Part shown: in pieces, positions 52,988 to 63,218 of the stretch
Layout of the letters: each line of letters begins with the position of its first letter
Position numbering within the stretch: position 1 is the first letter of the stretch
Assembly (NCBI GenBank): GCA_963851385.1
Contig: CAWKPE010000013.1
Span: 233,753 to 297,752, forward strand
DNA: 64,000 bases
Direction: 5' to 3'
Source of the DNA: an uncultured Bacteroidota bacterium
Lineage (GTDB): Bacteria; Bacteroidota; Bacteroidia; Bacteroidales; DTGW01
Position numbers and translations under genes: made by a program
Notes under the pieces: model-generated
What the model saw: only the letters and a program-made list of their open reading frames with translations
The model's database searches: none
What the model was told of the DNA's origin: nothing

Positions 52988-53536
52988 TTACAACTCGGGA
53001 GGCCATCTGGATTCAACAGCCTTAAAATCAGCAGATAACTTGCGTGAAAGAACAAAAAAATAATCCGATAAACGGTTAAGATATTCCATAACTACTTCTG
53101 GTACATCATAATCCATTGATAATTTAACAACCAATCTTTCCGCTCTTCTGCAAATAGTACGGATTACATGGCATAATGAGACCATAGGATGCCCTCCCGG
53201 AATAATAAACGAATGGATTGGTGAAAGGTTACTTTCAATTTTATCAATTTCTTGTTCCAGATACAAAATATTTTTTTTAGATAATTTAGGAATTTTTACT
53301 TTACAATCTTCACAGTCAGATGCAAGTATAGCTGCACAGACCATTAATCGATCCTGGATGTGCAATAAAATATCCTGAATTTTATTGTCAGCAAGTTGAT
53401 CACGCAACAAACCAATAAAAGATATAAGTTCATCTACCGTACCATAAGCATCTATTCTTGGATGATTTTTAGTCACCCTTTTGCCTCCTATCAGTGATGT
53501 CTCTCCTTTGTCTCCAGTTTTGGTATAAATCTTCAT
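52988..53536 (-). CDS. PduO-type ATP:cob(I)alamin adenosyltransferase
   Basis: MKIYTKTGDKGETSLIGG.. canonical N-terminus. ATG at 53536 preferred. Confidence 0.85.
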   Translation of the reverse strand: MKIYTKTGDKGETSLIGGKRVTKNHPRIDAYGTVDELISFIGLLRDQLADNKIQDILLHIQDRLMVCAAILASDCEDCKVKIPKLSKKNILYLEQEIDKIESNLSPIHSFIIPGGHPMVSLCHVIRTICRRAERLVVKLSMDYDVPEVVMEYLNRLSDYFFVLSRKLSADFKAVESRWPPEL

Positions 53537-53693
53537 ATAGGATATAATATTGTATTTATGCAATTTATTAATTTAGACTAAATATTCAATATTTATTATA
53601 TAATTTCTCTTTAGTATCATTATTACAATTTTATTTAAAAGGGAAAAACAGTGTGCTAATTATTTTGTTTAATTAATAATTATTTAACTTAGC

Positions 53694-54416
53694 ATGACAT
53701 TATTTAAATTCATGCAAGGCAAATTATACCTAATACCTTCATTTCTGGGATCAGAACATCCAAATGAAGTTTTTCCTGAATTAAATAAAAAAATTGTAAA
53801 CTCAATAAATTATTTTATAGTTGAAGAAGAGCGCACTGCCCGCAGGTTTCTAAAAAAATTGCTGCCTGAAATTGTTATAGACAATTTGCATTTTATGATT
53901 TTAAATGAACATACCAGGGAAGCTGAAATGAATAGTTACATAAAGCCATGTTTTGAATTCAATGTCGGTTTGATTTCAGAGGCAGGAGTACCTTGTGTGG
54001 CTGACCCTGGTGCACTAATGGTAAAACTTGCACATGAAAAAAATATAGAAATAGTGCCACTGGTTGGGCCATCGTCTATATTATTGGCATTAATGGCTTC
54101 CGGGCTTAACGGGCAAAATTTTGCATTTAACGGATATTTGCCGGTACAAAGAAATGAGCGGATAAAAATGCTTAAATTTTATGAGAAACGCTCTTATAGC
54201 GAAAACCAAACTCAGGTATTTATAGAAACACCTTATCGAAACAAACAACTTTTGGAAGACATATTTAATTATTGTGGATATAATACAATGCTATGTATTG
54301 CATGCGATCTCTATCTTCCGACACAGTTTATAAAAACCCAAAGTATAGAAGAATGGAAATCAAAAATGCCGGATATTCATAAACATCCGGCAATATTTGC
54401 TTTACATAAGGTTTAG
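53694..54416 (+). CDS. SAM-dependent methyltransferase, tetrapyrrole-methylase (RsmI-like) fold
   Basis: ..LYLIPSFLG.., ..ISEAGVPCVADPGALMV.., ..VGPSSILLALMASGLNGQNFAFNGYLP... The true start may be the ATG at 53712. Confidence 0.65.
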   Translation: MTLFKFMQGKLYLIPSFLGSEHPNEVFPELNKKIVNSINYFIVEEERTARRFLKKLLPEIVIDNLHFMILNEHTREAEMNSYIKPCFEFNVGLISEAGVPCVADPGALMVKLAHEKNIEIVPLVGPSSILLALMASGLNGQNFAFNGYLPVQRNERIKMLKFYEKRSYSENQTQVFIETPYRNKQLLEDIFNYCGYNTMLCIACDLYLPTQFIKTQSIEEWKSKMPDIHKHPAIFALHKV

Positions 54417-54432
54417 AAATTATTAATTCCTT

Positions 54433-55374
54433 TTATTTATAACTATATTTTCTTATATCGTTAATAATTACTTGATAATAAACCGAAGTATAGGGAGGTA
54501 CATCTATAACATCAAAATATTTTGAATATCCTGAACTACCCCAAGCCATATTATAAGGTACAATTATTCTGGCCTCTGAACCTTTATTCAGTTTACTAAA
54601 TGCGATTTTTAAACCTGGTATTATACTATCAACACCCATAGTATATTTACTACTCAGAAATTTTTGCGTCCCAAGTGAAAAAATAGTATCTAACGCTTTA
54701 ACTTTATATTGAAATATAACTGTATCGTAAGTTGCTGGCATATCTCCCGTTCCTACTGTATCTATTTTCATATAAATACCATCAGATAAATTATTTTGAT
54801 TCAACTGCAATGTATCCAAATATCTTTTAATAAATACAAGATCATCAGCTACAGGATCTTTAATTACCCTGACAAGTTCAACATCTATTATCAAAGTTGA
54901 GTATGCCGGTATATTATTCGTAAATCCATATCCATCGTAAGCCAATTTAGAAGGTACTATTAATCGAGCTTTACCACCTTCTTTCATTTTACATATTCCT
55001 TCTTGAAGCCCTGGCAAAGTATATCCGAGATATAATTTAACAGGTCCTTTATAGGAAATAAATGGCGTAATACCATTCCTTGAGGCAAGTGCAGTATCAT
55101 TTGTTTGGACCACATTACCATTAATCAAGTACCACGTCGTATTGATAAGTACATAATCGGTATCGACAGGTGATATACCAGTGCCTGTTTTAGTTTCTAT
55201 ATAATATAATCCATCGGCAGTTGGCGCTACAGTTATATTGTGCGATTTAATATATTGACTAAGGTTCTCTTGTTCTTCATTTTGCAGATCTTCAGAATCA
55301 TTTATTGAACATCCCGGCAATAGAAATATTCCATAGAAGCTAATAATTCCGAGTAAAATTTTTGTCTTCATCAT
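54433..55374 (-). CDS. FKBP-type peptidyl-prolyl isomerase lipoprotein (two FKBP domains)
   Basis: Lipobox ..LLPGCS. ..LPGLQEGICKMKEGGKARLIVPSKLAYDGYG.. and ..IPGLKIAFSKLNKGSEARIIVPYNMAWG... Confidence 0.75.
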   Translation of the reverse strand: MMKTKILLGIISFYGIFLLPGCSINDSEDLQNEEQENLSQYIKSHNITVAPTADGLYYIETKTGTGISPVDTDYVLINTTWYLINGNVVQTNDTALASRNGITPFISYKGPVKLYLGYTLPGLQEGICKMKEGGKARLIVPSKLAYDGYGFTNNIPAYSTLIIDVELVRVIKDPVADDLVFIKRYLDTLQLNQNNLSDGIYMKIDTVGTGDMPATYDTVIFQYKVKALDTIFSLGTQKFLSSKYTMGVDSIIPGLKIAFSKLNKGSEARIIVPYNMAWGSSGYSKYFDVIDVPPYTSVYYQVIINDIRKYSYK

Positions 55375-55484
55375 ATTTATTTTTTATAAATTATCATTTT
55401 TGTCTTAATTGAGTAATATTTGAATACATTAATATTTTCATATCTGATTCATAAGAACTAAAAAAGGTTGCGTGAAATTATATT

Positions 55485-56348
55485 CTAATTTATTTTTTTT
55501 ATTTCTAATTCAAAAATAAGTGATGTAAATGGAGGTATAATGCCGGTTGATGAACCGGTTTCTCCAAAAGCAAGTTCAGAAGGCAAAATAACTACAGCCT
55601 TTTCTCCTTCCTCCATCATACCGAATGCTTCCTCAAGTCCTTTCACAACTTGCCATTCAGTGCCATAAACAAATTGAAATGACTCATGTCTTTTAACGGT
55701 TGAATCAAAAAATTTACCGTCCAAAAAGCGACCTTCATAATCTACAGTAAGTGTATCACCTTTTACCACTTTCCGACCATTCCCTTTTTTGATTTTAATA
55801 TAATATAAACCGCTTCCCACAGGACTTATGGACAATTTTTGTTCCTGCATGTATTGCGAAAGTATCTCTTTTTCATAATCTCCAAAATCCTCAATCCACT
55901 TAAGGAATGCCTTCTTTTCATTCTCATATTCTTTAGCACTTTGAATATCAATCATGTTGATTTCAATTTTCAAGTCATCATCAGGTCTCAAAAAAGAAGG
56001 GAGATTGTTTTGAAGAGTTTTTTTGAAAAAGTTATTTGCACTTATAATAAACTCGGCTTTTTCTCCTTTAGCTAACATTGTAAAACATTCATCAACAGAA
56101 CCCATATATTCCGGTTTAGTAACCTGGAATTTTCGCCTTCCTGAAAAAAACAAGGAATCCTTTATTGTTTTGTATGAAATATCAAAAGTTACATAATCAC
56201 CAAATTGAGCCTTTTGATTGTCTTCACCTATTGTCAACAACTTATAATATATACCGCTCCATGTTTTTGAATATCCGGGATATTTTGAAAAATAGTTACA
56301 TGAATATAAAATTGTAGCGATAAATAAAGTATAAAATATTTTTTTCAT
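55485..56348 (-). CDS. FKBP-type peptidyl-prolyl isomerase lipoprotein (two FKBP domains)
   Basis: ..ILYSCN lipobox. ..VVKGLEEAFGMMEEGEKAVVILPSELAFGETG... Confidence 0.75.
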   Translation of the reverse strand: MKKIFYTLFIATILYSCNYFSKYPGYSKTWSGIYYKLLTIGEDNQKAQFGDYVTFDISYKTIKDSLFFSGRRKFQVTKPEYMGSVDECFTMLAKGEKAEFIISANNFFKKTLQNNLPSFLRPDDDLKIEINMIDIQSAKEYENEKKAFLKWIEDFGDYEKEILSQYMQEQKLSISPVGSGLYYIKIKKGNGRKVVKGDTLTVDYEGRFLDGKFFDSTVKRHESFQFVYGTEWQVVKGLEEAFGMMEEGEKAVVILPSELAFGETGSSTGIIPPFTSLIFELEIKKIN

Positions 56349-56381
56349 TTCAATAATATGTTCATTTACAATAATAAATTA

Positions 56382-56975
56382 TTAATGTCTTTTTAAATTT
56401 TCAACTTTAAGCAATTCTACCACATATACAATAATTGACCTTGCCGGGATACGATTATCATCACCTACTAAACCATAGGCAAGATGCGGAGGTAAAATAA
56501 ATCTTGCCTTGTCGCCCTCATGCATGAATAGAATACCTTCGTTAAGTCCAGATTCAACTTTGTATGAACCAACAATAAAAATTTTGTAACCAGTCGAATC
56601 AGAATTATAACAGGACTTGCCATCAAGTAATTCAACATTATATTTCAAGGTAACCTGCAAATCCGATGAAACTTGTTTCCCATGACCATGTTCAAAGATT
56701 TCATACCAAAGTCCGCTGCCTGTTTCTTTCATATTCCATTTGTGCCGCTTAATATATGCTTTAATATTGTCAGCATCTTTTTTAACCAAATACTTGTTTG
56801 CTCGAACTAAAGCTTCATTTTCTTTATTATCGTCAGGTTTGTTTTGTTCTATAGTTGTAGGACCGCATGTTTCTAATAATAAGCATAATGAAGATACTAT
56901 TATGCTACTTACCAAACCATTGAACAGTTTCAATTTCATGACGATAAAGTTCAAGAAGTTTTTTGAATTTCTCAA
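56382..56975 (-). CDS. FKBP-type peptidyl-prolyl isomerase (single domain)
   Basis: ..GLNEGILFMHEGDKARFILPPHLAYG... The likely true start is the internal MKLKLF.. at ~56939. The ORF overlaps the nrnA 3' end. Confidence 0.75.
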   Translation of the reverse strand: MRNSKNFLNFIVMKLKLFNGLVSSIIVSSLCLLLETCGPTTIEQNKPDDNKENEALVRANKYLVKKDADNIKAYIKRHKWNMKETGSGLWYEIFEHGHGKQVSSDLQVTLKYNVELLDGKSCYNSDSTGYKIFIVGSYKVESGLNEGILFMHEGDKARFILPPHLAYGLVGDDNRIPARSIIVYVVELLKVENLKRH

Positions 56976-57945
56976 TAGTTTTCTTCATAGAAAGATTTGA
57001 TTCACCTCCGGCTGCATTTTTATGTCCTCCACCTTCGAAATGTTGTTCACAAAAATTATTTACAGCAAATCCTCCACGCGATCTCATTGAAATTCTGATA
57101 TTATCTTTCTTTTCAAGAAATAAGACAGTTATATTAACGTCTTCAATAGAAAAAGGCAGGTTTACAAAGCCTTCAGAATCACCAGGTTTAAACCTGTATT
57201 TTTCCATTTCTTTTTTAGTCAAATAAATGTATGCAGTATGAAATTCAGGTAATACTACCATTTTTTTATTAAGACAATAACCCAAAAGCTTCATACGATT
57301 ATATGAAAAATTATCATAAACGTGGTTAAATACTTTATCTTTATTAATACCACAAGTTAACAAATCAGCTACTATGATAAAAGTTTCAGGATTTGAGGAA
57401 TTGAAGCTGAAGCAACCGGTATCAGTCATAATGCCTGTATAAATGCATTCGGCAATAGTATTATCGATTAAATTCCTGTCTCCTGCATGAGAAATATATT
57501 TATAAACAAGTTCAGCAGTAGATGACACAGGTGTCGTTTATCATGATATTGTAAACATTATCGGGCTTGGGATGATGATCAATCAGCACTTTTATTGCAT
57601 TGGATGAAGAAATTTTCGGGCCTAGATCTTTAAGCCTGGTTACATCATTAAAGTCAACACAAATAATAACATTGCTTTCTTTTATTATTTTAGAGGCAAT
57701 TTTTTGATGTTTATAAAAAACAAGTAATCTGATTTGAAGCCTGCATCCAATGTAGAAAATGAGGAAAATCGTTGGGAACCATTAAAGAAGATGTGATGTC
57801 CTTTTTTCTTCAAATAGTGAAATAAAGCTAAAATTGAACCAATGGCATCACCATCCGGATTATAATGCGAAATCAATAATACTTTTCGCGGTTCTCTCAA
57901 CAGATTGCTTAAGTTTTTTAATTCTATGTTAAAGTCTTTTTTCAA
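56905..57945 (-). pseudogene. nrnA: DHH/DHHA1 phosphoesterase (NrnA-like bifunctional oligoribonuclease/pAp phosphatase), at least 3 frameshifts
   Basis: ..ISHYNPDGDAIGS.. (57685..57945 piece). ..VDFNDVTRL..VLIDHHPKP.. is readable only in an unlisted middle frame (~57530-57720). ..SSTAELVY.. and ..GGGHKNAAG.. in the 56905..57528 piece. Confidence 0.75.
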
Positions 57946-58067
57946 ATAAATATTTAAAAGTTAGTACAATTCAAAGATAAAGAAATTATCATTTAATAAA
58001 ATGATGTAACCAGGCTCATTTTAGGCTTTCTTAAAATCGTTATCTTTGTCAATCAAAGAAAAAAAAT

Positions 58068-58829
58068 GTGAAGATTACTTTTCTCGGTACAGGCACATCG
58101 CAGGGAGTTCCTGTAATAGCTTGCAAATGTAAAGTCTGCCAGTCAAAAGATTTACGCGACAAGCGATTGAGATCATCTATAATGATTGAAATTAATGGCA
58201 TAACAATTATTATTGACACCGGACCCGATTTCAGACAACAAATGCTTCGCGAAAATGTAACTAATATAGATGCAATCCTTTTTACTCATGAACACAAAGA
58301 TCATACTGCAGGGTTGGACGACATCAGGGCATTTAATTATATTAAACAAATGCATGTCGACGTGTTTGCTGAAGAACGCGTTCAACTATCATTAAAGAAA
58401 GAATTTGCATACATTTTTGCTGAAAAAAAGTATCCGGGTGTTCCTCAAATTAATCTCAATACCATTTTTAACCAGGAATTCTTTGTCGGAGATATTAGCA
58501 TTATCCCAATCAGGGCCATGCACTATCGATTACCAATATTAGGATTTCGAATTGGAGATTTCACTTACCTAACAGATTTCAATTATATTTCCGATGAAGA
58601 AAAAGAAAAAATAATTGGTTCGAAACATATAGTGGTTACTGGCCTTCGCAAACAAAAGCATATTTCACATTTCACAATTTATGAAGCAATTGCTTTGATT
58701 GAAGAACTTAGTCCCATGAGAGGTTATATTACACATTGCAGCCACCAATTGGGTCTGTATGAAGAATTGCAAAAAGAATTACCTAAAAATGTAGTACTTG
58801 CATATGATGGGCTGAAGATTGAGATGTAG
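58068..58829 (+). CDS. MBL-fold metallo-hydrolase (PhnP-like)
   Basis: GTG start. ..FLGTGTSQGVP.., HEHKDHTAG (HxHxDH). Confidence 0.75.
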   Translation: MKITFLGTGTSQGVPVIACKCKVCQSKDLRDKRLRSSIMIEINGITIIIDTGPDFRQQMLRENVTNIDAILFTHEHKDHTAGLDDIRAFNYIKQMHVDVFAEERVQLSLKKEFAYIFAEKKYPGVPQINLNTIFNQEFFVGDISIIPIRAMHYRLPILGFRIGDFTYLTDFNYISDEEKEKIIGSKHIVVTGLRKQKHISHFTIYEAIALIEELSPMRGYITHCSHQLGLYEELQKELPKNVVLAYDGLKIEM

Positions 58830-58901
58830 AAGAAGATTCAAGAATCAAGATATAAGATATTGACTAAGGAATACTTTTAACCTTTTAACCTTTTAACCTT
58901 T
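58830..58901. repeat. 8-bp-period array (agaagatt/caagaat/caagatat/aagatatt/.../taaccttt x3)
   Basis: Read directly. Fills the whole spacer between two convergent stop codons. Confidence 0.7.
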
Positions 58902-59477
58902 TCAGTCAATCATTGCTTTGTATGCAATTCTAACAAGCGCACTTTTCTTAAAATAGAAAGTAAACCTAACAATGTTGTCATCATCGCTAATAACAACAGT
59001 ATCACTTTCAAGAGACTTAATACTAAATTTTGATTTAAACGTTTCTTTAGTCATTCCAATTGATATTCCATTTTTTAAGTTGAATCTTCTATCTGTAATA
59101 TCAAAATGATTAATCATTTCATTTTGAGAGGTTTTATAGATAGATATCTCATTTTTCTTGTTTGAAAAATAGAATGCAGTATCAACTGTAGAACTATCAT
59201 GTACATTGATAACCGGTTGTTTAGAAATACTGAAAAAATTATTTTTATTTTTTAATAAAGTTTTAAGCTTAAAACTATTCGTAAATGCATCCGATGCAAA
59301 ATCATTGCATCGAAAACAATTATCATCGTTGCTATCTGATTCAACAATTTCTGCAACATAAGTTGTTGCTTCCTTTTTATTAAATTTGTCGTTTTGTAAT
59401 GCAGCAATATATCCAGGAAACAAAATACATATTATTAATAAAAAAACATAAACATATGTTTTCATGGTATATTTCAT
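58902..59477 (-). CDS. Hypothetical secreted protein (191 aa)
   Basis: ATG ORF with a hydrophobic signal-like N-terminus. No family recognised. Confidence 0.5.
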   Translation of the reverse strand: MKYTMKTYVYVFLLIICILFPGYIAALQNDKFNKKEATTYVAEIVESDSNDDNCFRCNDFASDAFTNSFKLKTLLKNKNNFFSISKQPVINVHDSSTVDTAFYFSNKKNEISIYKTSQNEMINHFDITDRRFNLKNGISIGMTKETFKSKFSIKSLESDTVVISDDDNIVRFTFYFKKSALVRIAYKAMID

Positions 59478-59900
59478 TATTTGGAACTAATAAACAAATA
59501 TAAGGAATTATGATCATAATTGTCATTGAAAATCAGTGAAATATTAAGTTCTGCTCATTAGTTCTTTTTAGGTAATCAGGCAAAGGCTTAATACTAATAG
59601 AATATGACAATAATCTACATCCAATACAACTTCATCATGAACGTTTCAGATTACGGATTAATCATTGAGCGGAAATGTTATTCCTGTCCCTGAAAATGGA
59701 AAAGAAAATAAAATAAAATAAAATAAAAGTAAAAATGAGATAAATTTTGCAAAAATTTGTACTTTTTTTTAAAAAAAAGACTTAACAATTTGCTTGCAAG
59801 TGCTTTTTTAAAATTATTTTTTGTATTTTTAACTAATTACTCTTATTTATATTAAATAAATAGTAGTAAGAAGTATTTTGAAATTCAAAATAAATTAAAA

Positions 59901-59930
59901 AGCGAAAGCCGAAAAGCTTATGAGTAGGCA
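59901..59930 (+). promoter_or_regulatory. Conserved leader/promoter-proximal motif, copy 2 (agcgaaagccgaaaagcttatgagtaggca)
   Basis: 28 of 30 aligned positions identical to 9421-9453, plus a 3-nt indel. Ends 18 nt before the ATG at 59949. Confidence 0.5.
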
Positions 59931-59948
59931 TATTTAATAATAATAATT

Positions 59949-60533
59949 ATGAGAAAAATGAAAACTTTAATGGTTATGCTAAGTATTGCCATGTTGCTTG
60001 TAGTGATTGATTGCAAAAAAGACAATAGTTCCAGTTCTGGTTCATCAAAGTTTACGGTTGGTTCAACAAGTTATGCATTGACGAGTGGATATATTGAAGA
60101 TGACAGTAATAGCGCTTATATAGCTCTCCTTTCTTCCGGACTTAATATATCAGGTGAAAATATGACGGGAAGTGGTAATATGGTATTTTTAGAAATTTAT
60201 CCTGCAACAGCCGGATCTTATGCAGGGACTTATACTTTTAATACCAATAGTGATGCTAATACATATAGTATTTGTGAGTATGACTTGAATTTTAGAAATT
60301 CTTCTGATACTTATATGTATGACTATGCTGGAATTACACTAGTCGGGACTATTACGATTACTAAAAGTGGAAGCAATTACGTAATTAGTATTCCATCATG
60401 TTCAGCCTATAGTACGGCCTATGGATCAAATACACCCACAGCTACTACTTTCTCGCTATCGTATAACGGAACTTTAACATCAACTAGTACAATAGAAACT
60501 ATTGGTAAGATGATTAAATTCTCAAAAAAATAG
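59949..60533 (+). CDS. Hypothetical lipoprotein, Ser/Thr/Gly-rich (194 aa)
   Basis: Signal plus lipobox ..LLVVIDCKKD. No family recognised. Confidence 0.55.
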   Translation: MRKMKTLMVMLSIAMLLVVIDCKKDNSSSSGSSKFTVGSTSYALTSGYIEDDSNSAYIALLSSGLNISGENMTGSGNMVFLEIYPATAGSYAGTYTFNTNSDANTYSICEYDLNFRNSSDTYMYDYAGITLVGTITITKSGSNYVISIPSCSAYSTAYGSNTPTATTFSLSYNGTLTSTSTIETIGKMIKFSKK

Positions 60534-60564
60534 TTTAAGTTTTTCGGTTAAACCATACGTAAAA

Positions 60565-60607
60565 AAATTCCGACATTTCATTTTAATGAGCTGTCGGGAT
60601 TTTTTTT
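60565..60607 (+). terminator. Intrinsic terminator (aaattccgaca ... tgtcgggattt + T-run)
   Basis: 11-bp stem (one G-U pair) followed by a T-run. Confidence 0.8.
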
Positions 60608-60904
60608 GAGTCATTAATGAAGAATAATTTGTCATTTATGACATAATCTGATAGATTTTTTCAATTGAAACAAAATATATATTAGTCTTACTAGAGAGCT
60701 AATAGTAACTCAGTAAAATTTTACTTACTTTCAAATATTTATATACTTAAATATAAAAAGAAGTATCTAAATCAAATAATAATTTTTCACTACCATAAAT
60801 AATGCATATAGGAGACTTATTTTATAGGTAATCCTTCGCCGGAAAACAAAAATTTTTAACTTTGCTGCCCATAATTAATTTATTATTTAATTATCAATCA
60901 TTCT

Positions 60905-60978
60905 GGTCCGGTAGCTCAGTTGGATAGAGCAACAGCCTTCTAAGCTGTGGGTCACAGGTTCGACTCCTGTCCGGATCA
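60905..60978 (+). tRNA. tRNA-Arg (anticodon TCT)
   Basis: Manual cloverleaf, 74 nt. Acceptor GGTCCGG/CCGGATC, D-arm gctc-agttggata-gagc, anticodon arm acagc-cTTCTaa-gctgt, T-arm acagg-ttcgact-cctgt, discriminator A. CCA is not encoded. Confidence 0.9.
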
Positions 60979-60981
60979 CCT

Positions 60982-61010
60982 GCCCTGAAAACCTTTCAGG
61001 GCTTTTTTTA
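60982..61010 (+). terminator. Intrinsic terminator after the tRNA (gccctgaaa-acc-tttcagggc + TTTTTTTA)
   Basis: 9-bp stem plus T-run. Confidence 0.85.
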
Positions 61011-61035
61011 TTTTTCATATTATAAATATTTTTTG

Positions 61036-61264
61036 ATGGAAGTTAAAATTATTGAAAATAAAAAAGAAGATTTGCCGACGATATTAGAGTTTTACGCAGA
61101 CAAGGATATTGAAGATGGAAATGTATTGTTTTTAAGTAAAGCTTAAGCAATTTTCGAAAAAATGCAGTTGTTATAAATTATGCATATCTAGTAATTTGAT
61201 TAGAGAAAGGGCACACAGTTTTTATGAAAAATTGGAATTGAAAAGCATGGGTATAGCTTTATGA
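61036..61264 (+). pseudogene. GNAT-family N-acetyltransferase relic (N- and C-terminal pieces only; internal deletion)
   Basis: 36-codon MEVKIIENKKEDLPTILEFY.. ORF (61036-61146). Separate-frame tail ..LIRERAHSFYEKLELKSMGIAL* ends at 61264 and matches the GNAT C-terminal A..FYeklGF motif. The total span of ~230 bp compares with ~450 bp expected. Confidence 0.5.
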
Positions 61265-61325
61265 TTAAGATTTAAGTTAAGCAAATGCCCATGTGAGAAT
61301 TCAAGATAATAAATAATTCAACTTA

Positions 61326-62531
61326 TTATGGAATAACATAATAATTTTTATTTTTCTGAGCATTATTACTAATAGGTACACGCCATAAACATTTCCAATC
61401 AGAAGTATTATAAAGGCAAAGATATCCTTTGTCTGATACTACAAGATATTTTCCATCAGCACTAAAATCTGCTGGCCAATTTATGTCAATAAAATCCGGA
61501 TTAATTAAAACCTTTTCCATTTTCATATCGGGGTAATTAAATATCTTAAGAGCCCAATCATCCAAATATTTGCCATATATGCCTACGAAATTAGCTGAAA
61601 TTTTTGGCATGATTATTTTATCGACTTCCTGCTTGTTTTTTCTTCCATTTTTATCTGTACTAATATTTGATTCCCATGTACCTGAAACAACATTTTCAGA
61701 CAAAGACCATAACTTAATTAATCCTTTATTATTTCCTAATAAAATATTCTTTTCATCAGGAAGAAACCAGCTACTCCAAACACGAAAGCCAGAAATAACT
61801 TTTTTATTTACATTTTTATTTTCCACTAAATCCCATATTCTAAGCTTACTTCCAAAACCTAAACTGAAATTTCTAATTCTGGTACTGTTCCAGTACAAAA
61901 CATAACGACCTGATGGACTAAACAAAACTTCTACGCCACCTGCATTAGGCAATAAATATTTTTTCATAAAGCTTCTTTCTTGGTATTTTATTTTTCCAGT
62001 AAATGCATCTATTGCAGTTACATCCCATGATCCAACCGCGACAATAAGGCTATCATTTACAGATAAACCTAAACCATTTTCAAAATTAACTTTTATTATC
62101 CGCCAGATTAGTTTCAAATCAGTCAATGAATAACAGCTTATAAAATCCTCTCTGTCATTAAGGCAATTGACGGATATTATCATTTTGCTTTCATCACGGG
62201 TAATTAGTAAATCGTTTACTATTTCTTCGTTTCCAATTTTTATTATAGTGTCTGATGCTCCATTTTCTAATTTCCATATTTTAATTCCATCACATTCTGC
62301 TATGATAATTCCATGCTTTGATGATATGTTTAAAAAAGAAATTGAATTGAGCAAATCTTTTTCAAATACTTGATCTTTATTTAATATAAGAGTAGAATCG
62401 TATGTATTTTCATTTGAGGTATTATTGCCTTTATACTCAGAACCATAGCTTTGAGAAGAACTGCCAATTACTGCAGATGTGAATAACAAAAATATGATGA
62501 GTAAATAATATCTGGAATAATTTAAATTCAT
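61326..62531 (-). CDS. Secreted WD40-like beta-propeller repeat protein
   Basis: Signal peptide. Repeats ending ..IKIWKLENG, ..LRIWDLVEN, ..IKLWSLSEN. Confidence 0.65.
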   Translation of the reverse strand: MNLNYSRYYLLIIFLLFTSAVIGSSSQSYGSEYKGNNTSNENTYDSTLILNKDQVFEKDLLNSISFLNISSKHGIIIAECDGIKIWKLENGASDTIIKIGNEEIVNDLLITRDESKMIISVNCLNDREDFISCYSLTDLKLIWRIIKVNFENGLGLSVNDSLIVAVGSWDVTAIDAFTGKIKYQERSFMKKYLLPNAGGVEVLFSPSGRYVLYWNSTRIRNFSLGFGSKLRIWDLVENKNVNKKVISGFRVWSSWFLPDEKNILLGNNKGLIKLWSLSENVVSGTWESNISTDKNGRKNKQEVDKIIMPKISANFVGIYGKYLDDWALKIFNYPDMKMEKVLINPDFIDINWPADFSADGKYLVVSDKGYLCLYNTSDWKCLWRVPISNNAQKNKNYYVIP

Positions 62532-62947
62532 CTATTTCAATTTAAAATTTCAAGCATTACTTTTATAGTAACATCCATAATTAGTACCAAGTTATAAAAT
62601 TATATTGATATTTCTTTTGAATTTTATATGAATAAAATTAAGTAGTTCTAATTTACTGAAATCTCCAACTTCAATATAATAATATCAGGTGAGAGACAAA
62701 TTGAATTATTGTTCATATTTAAAATACAAACTTACAATCAAGTAAAAAACTAATGTCGAAAATTTTAATATTCAATTATATTTTTGAAACAATATAAAAT
62801 TTTAGGTCTACAAAATATTAAGAATATAAAATTTAGACTATTTTTATTACTAGGTTATTTTGCAAAATATAATATCAATAAATATTTGAATTTTACTTGA
62901 AGAATTATATTTTCTAAAACCTTTAATTATTTAAGGAGGAAAAAAAT

Positions 62948-63130
62948 ATGAAAAAAGAATTTCAGGGAAGTGCACCATCAAGTGCCATTTATGGCTTAGG
63001 TTTTATTGGAGCAGCTATCTATTTTATTGCTCATGCTACCAGCTTCTGGATAGGTGTAATAGGAATATTAAAAGCTATTATTTGGCCGGCCATTCTTGCC
63101 TATGAAGCTTTTAAACATCTTGGAATGTAA
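62948..63130 (+). CDS. Small two-TM membrane protein (60 aa)
   Basis: ..AIYGLGFIGAAIYFI.. / ..GILKAIIWPAILAY... Strong SD AAGGAGG at 62933-62939, 8 nt before the ATG. Confidence 0.6.
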   Translation: MKKEFQGSAPSSAIYGLGFIGAAIYFIAHATSFWIGVIGILKAIIWPAILAYEAFKHLGM

Positions 63131-63218
63131 CATGAAAATAGTTGCTTATCAATAAAACTTAGAGCACGGTTTTTAGACAATAATAAGTATTTAATTGAAT
63201 TGTAGATGTTGCCTTAAA

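Noticed and set aside
59707-59735. (aaaat)n-type pentanucleotide run upstream of the lipoprotein gene
   Set aside because: It is a simple AT microsatellite in a promoter-region spacer. Nothing distinguishes it from composition-driven low complexity.
60905-61300. Integrated element at tRNA-Arg with an att repeat
   Set aside because: I found no second copy of the tRNA 3' end by eye and no integrase. It is left only as an accessory-patch observation.
62532-62947. Riboswitch upstream of the 60-aa membrane protein in the 415-bp spacer
   Set aside because: The spacer is uniformly AT-rich with no G+C-rich conserved-looking helices. None of the fluoride, guanidine or ion riboswitch core motifs I can recall are present.
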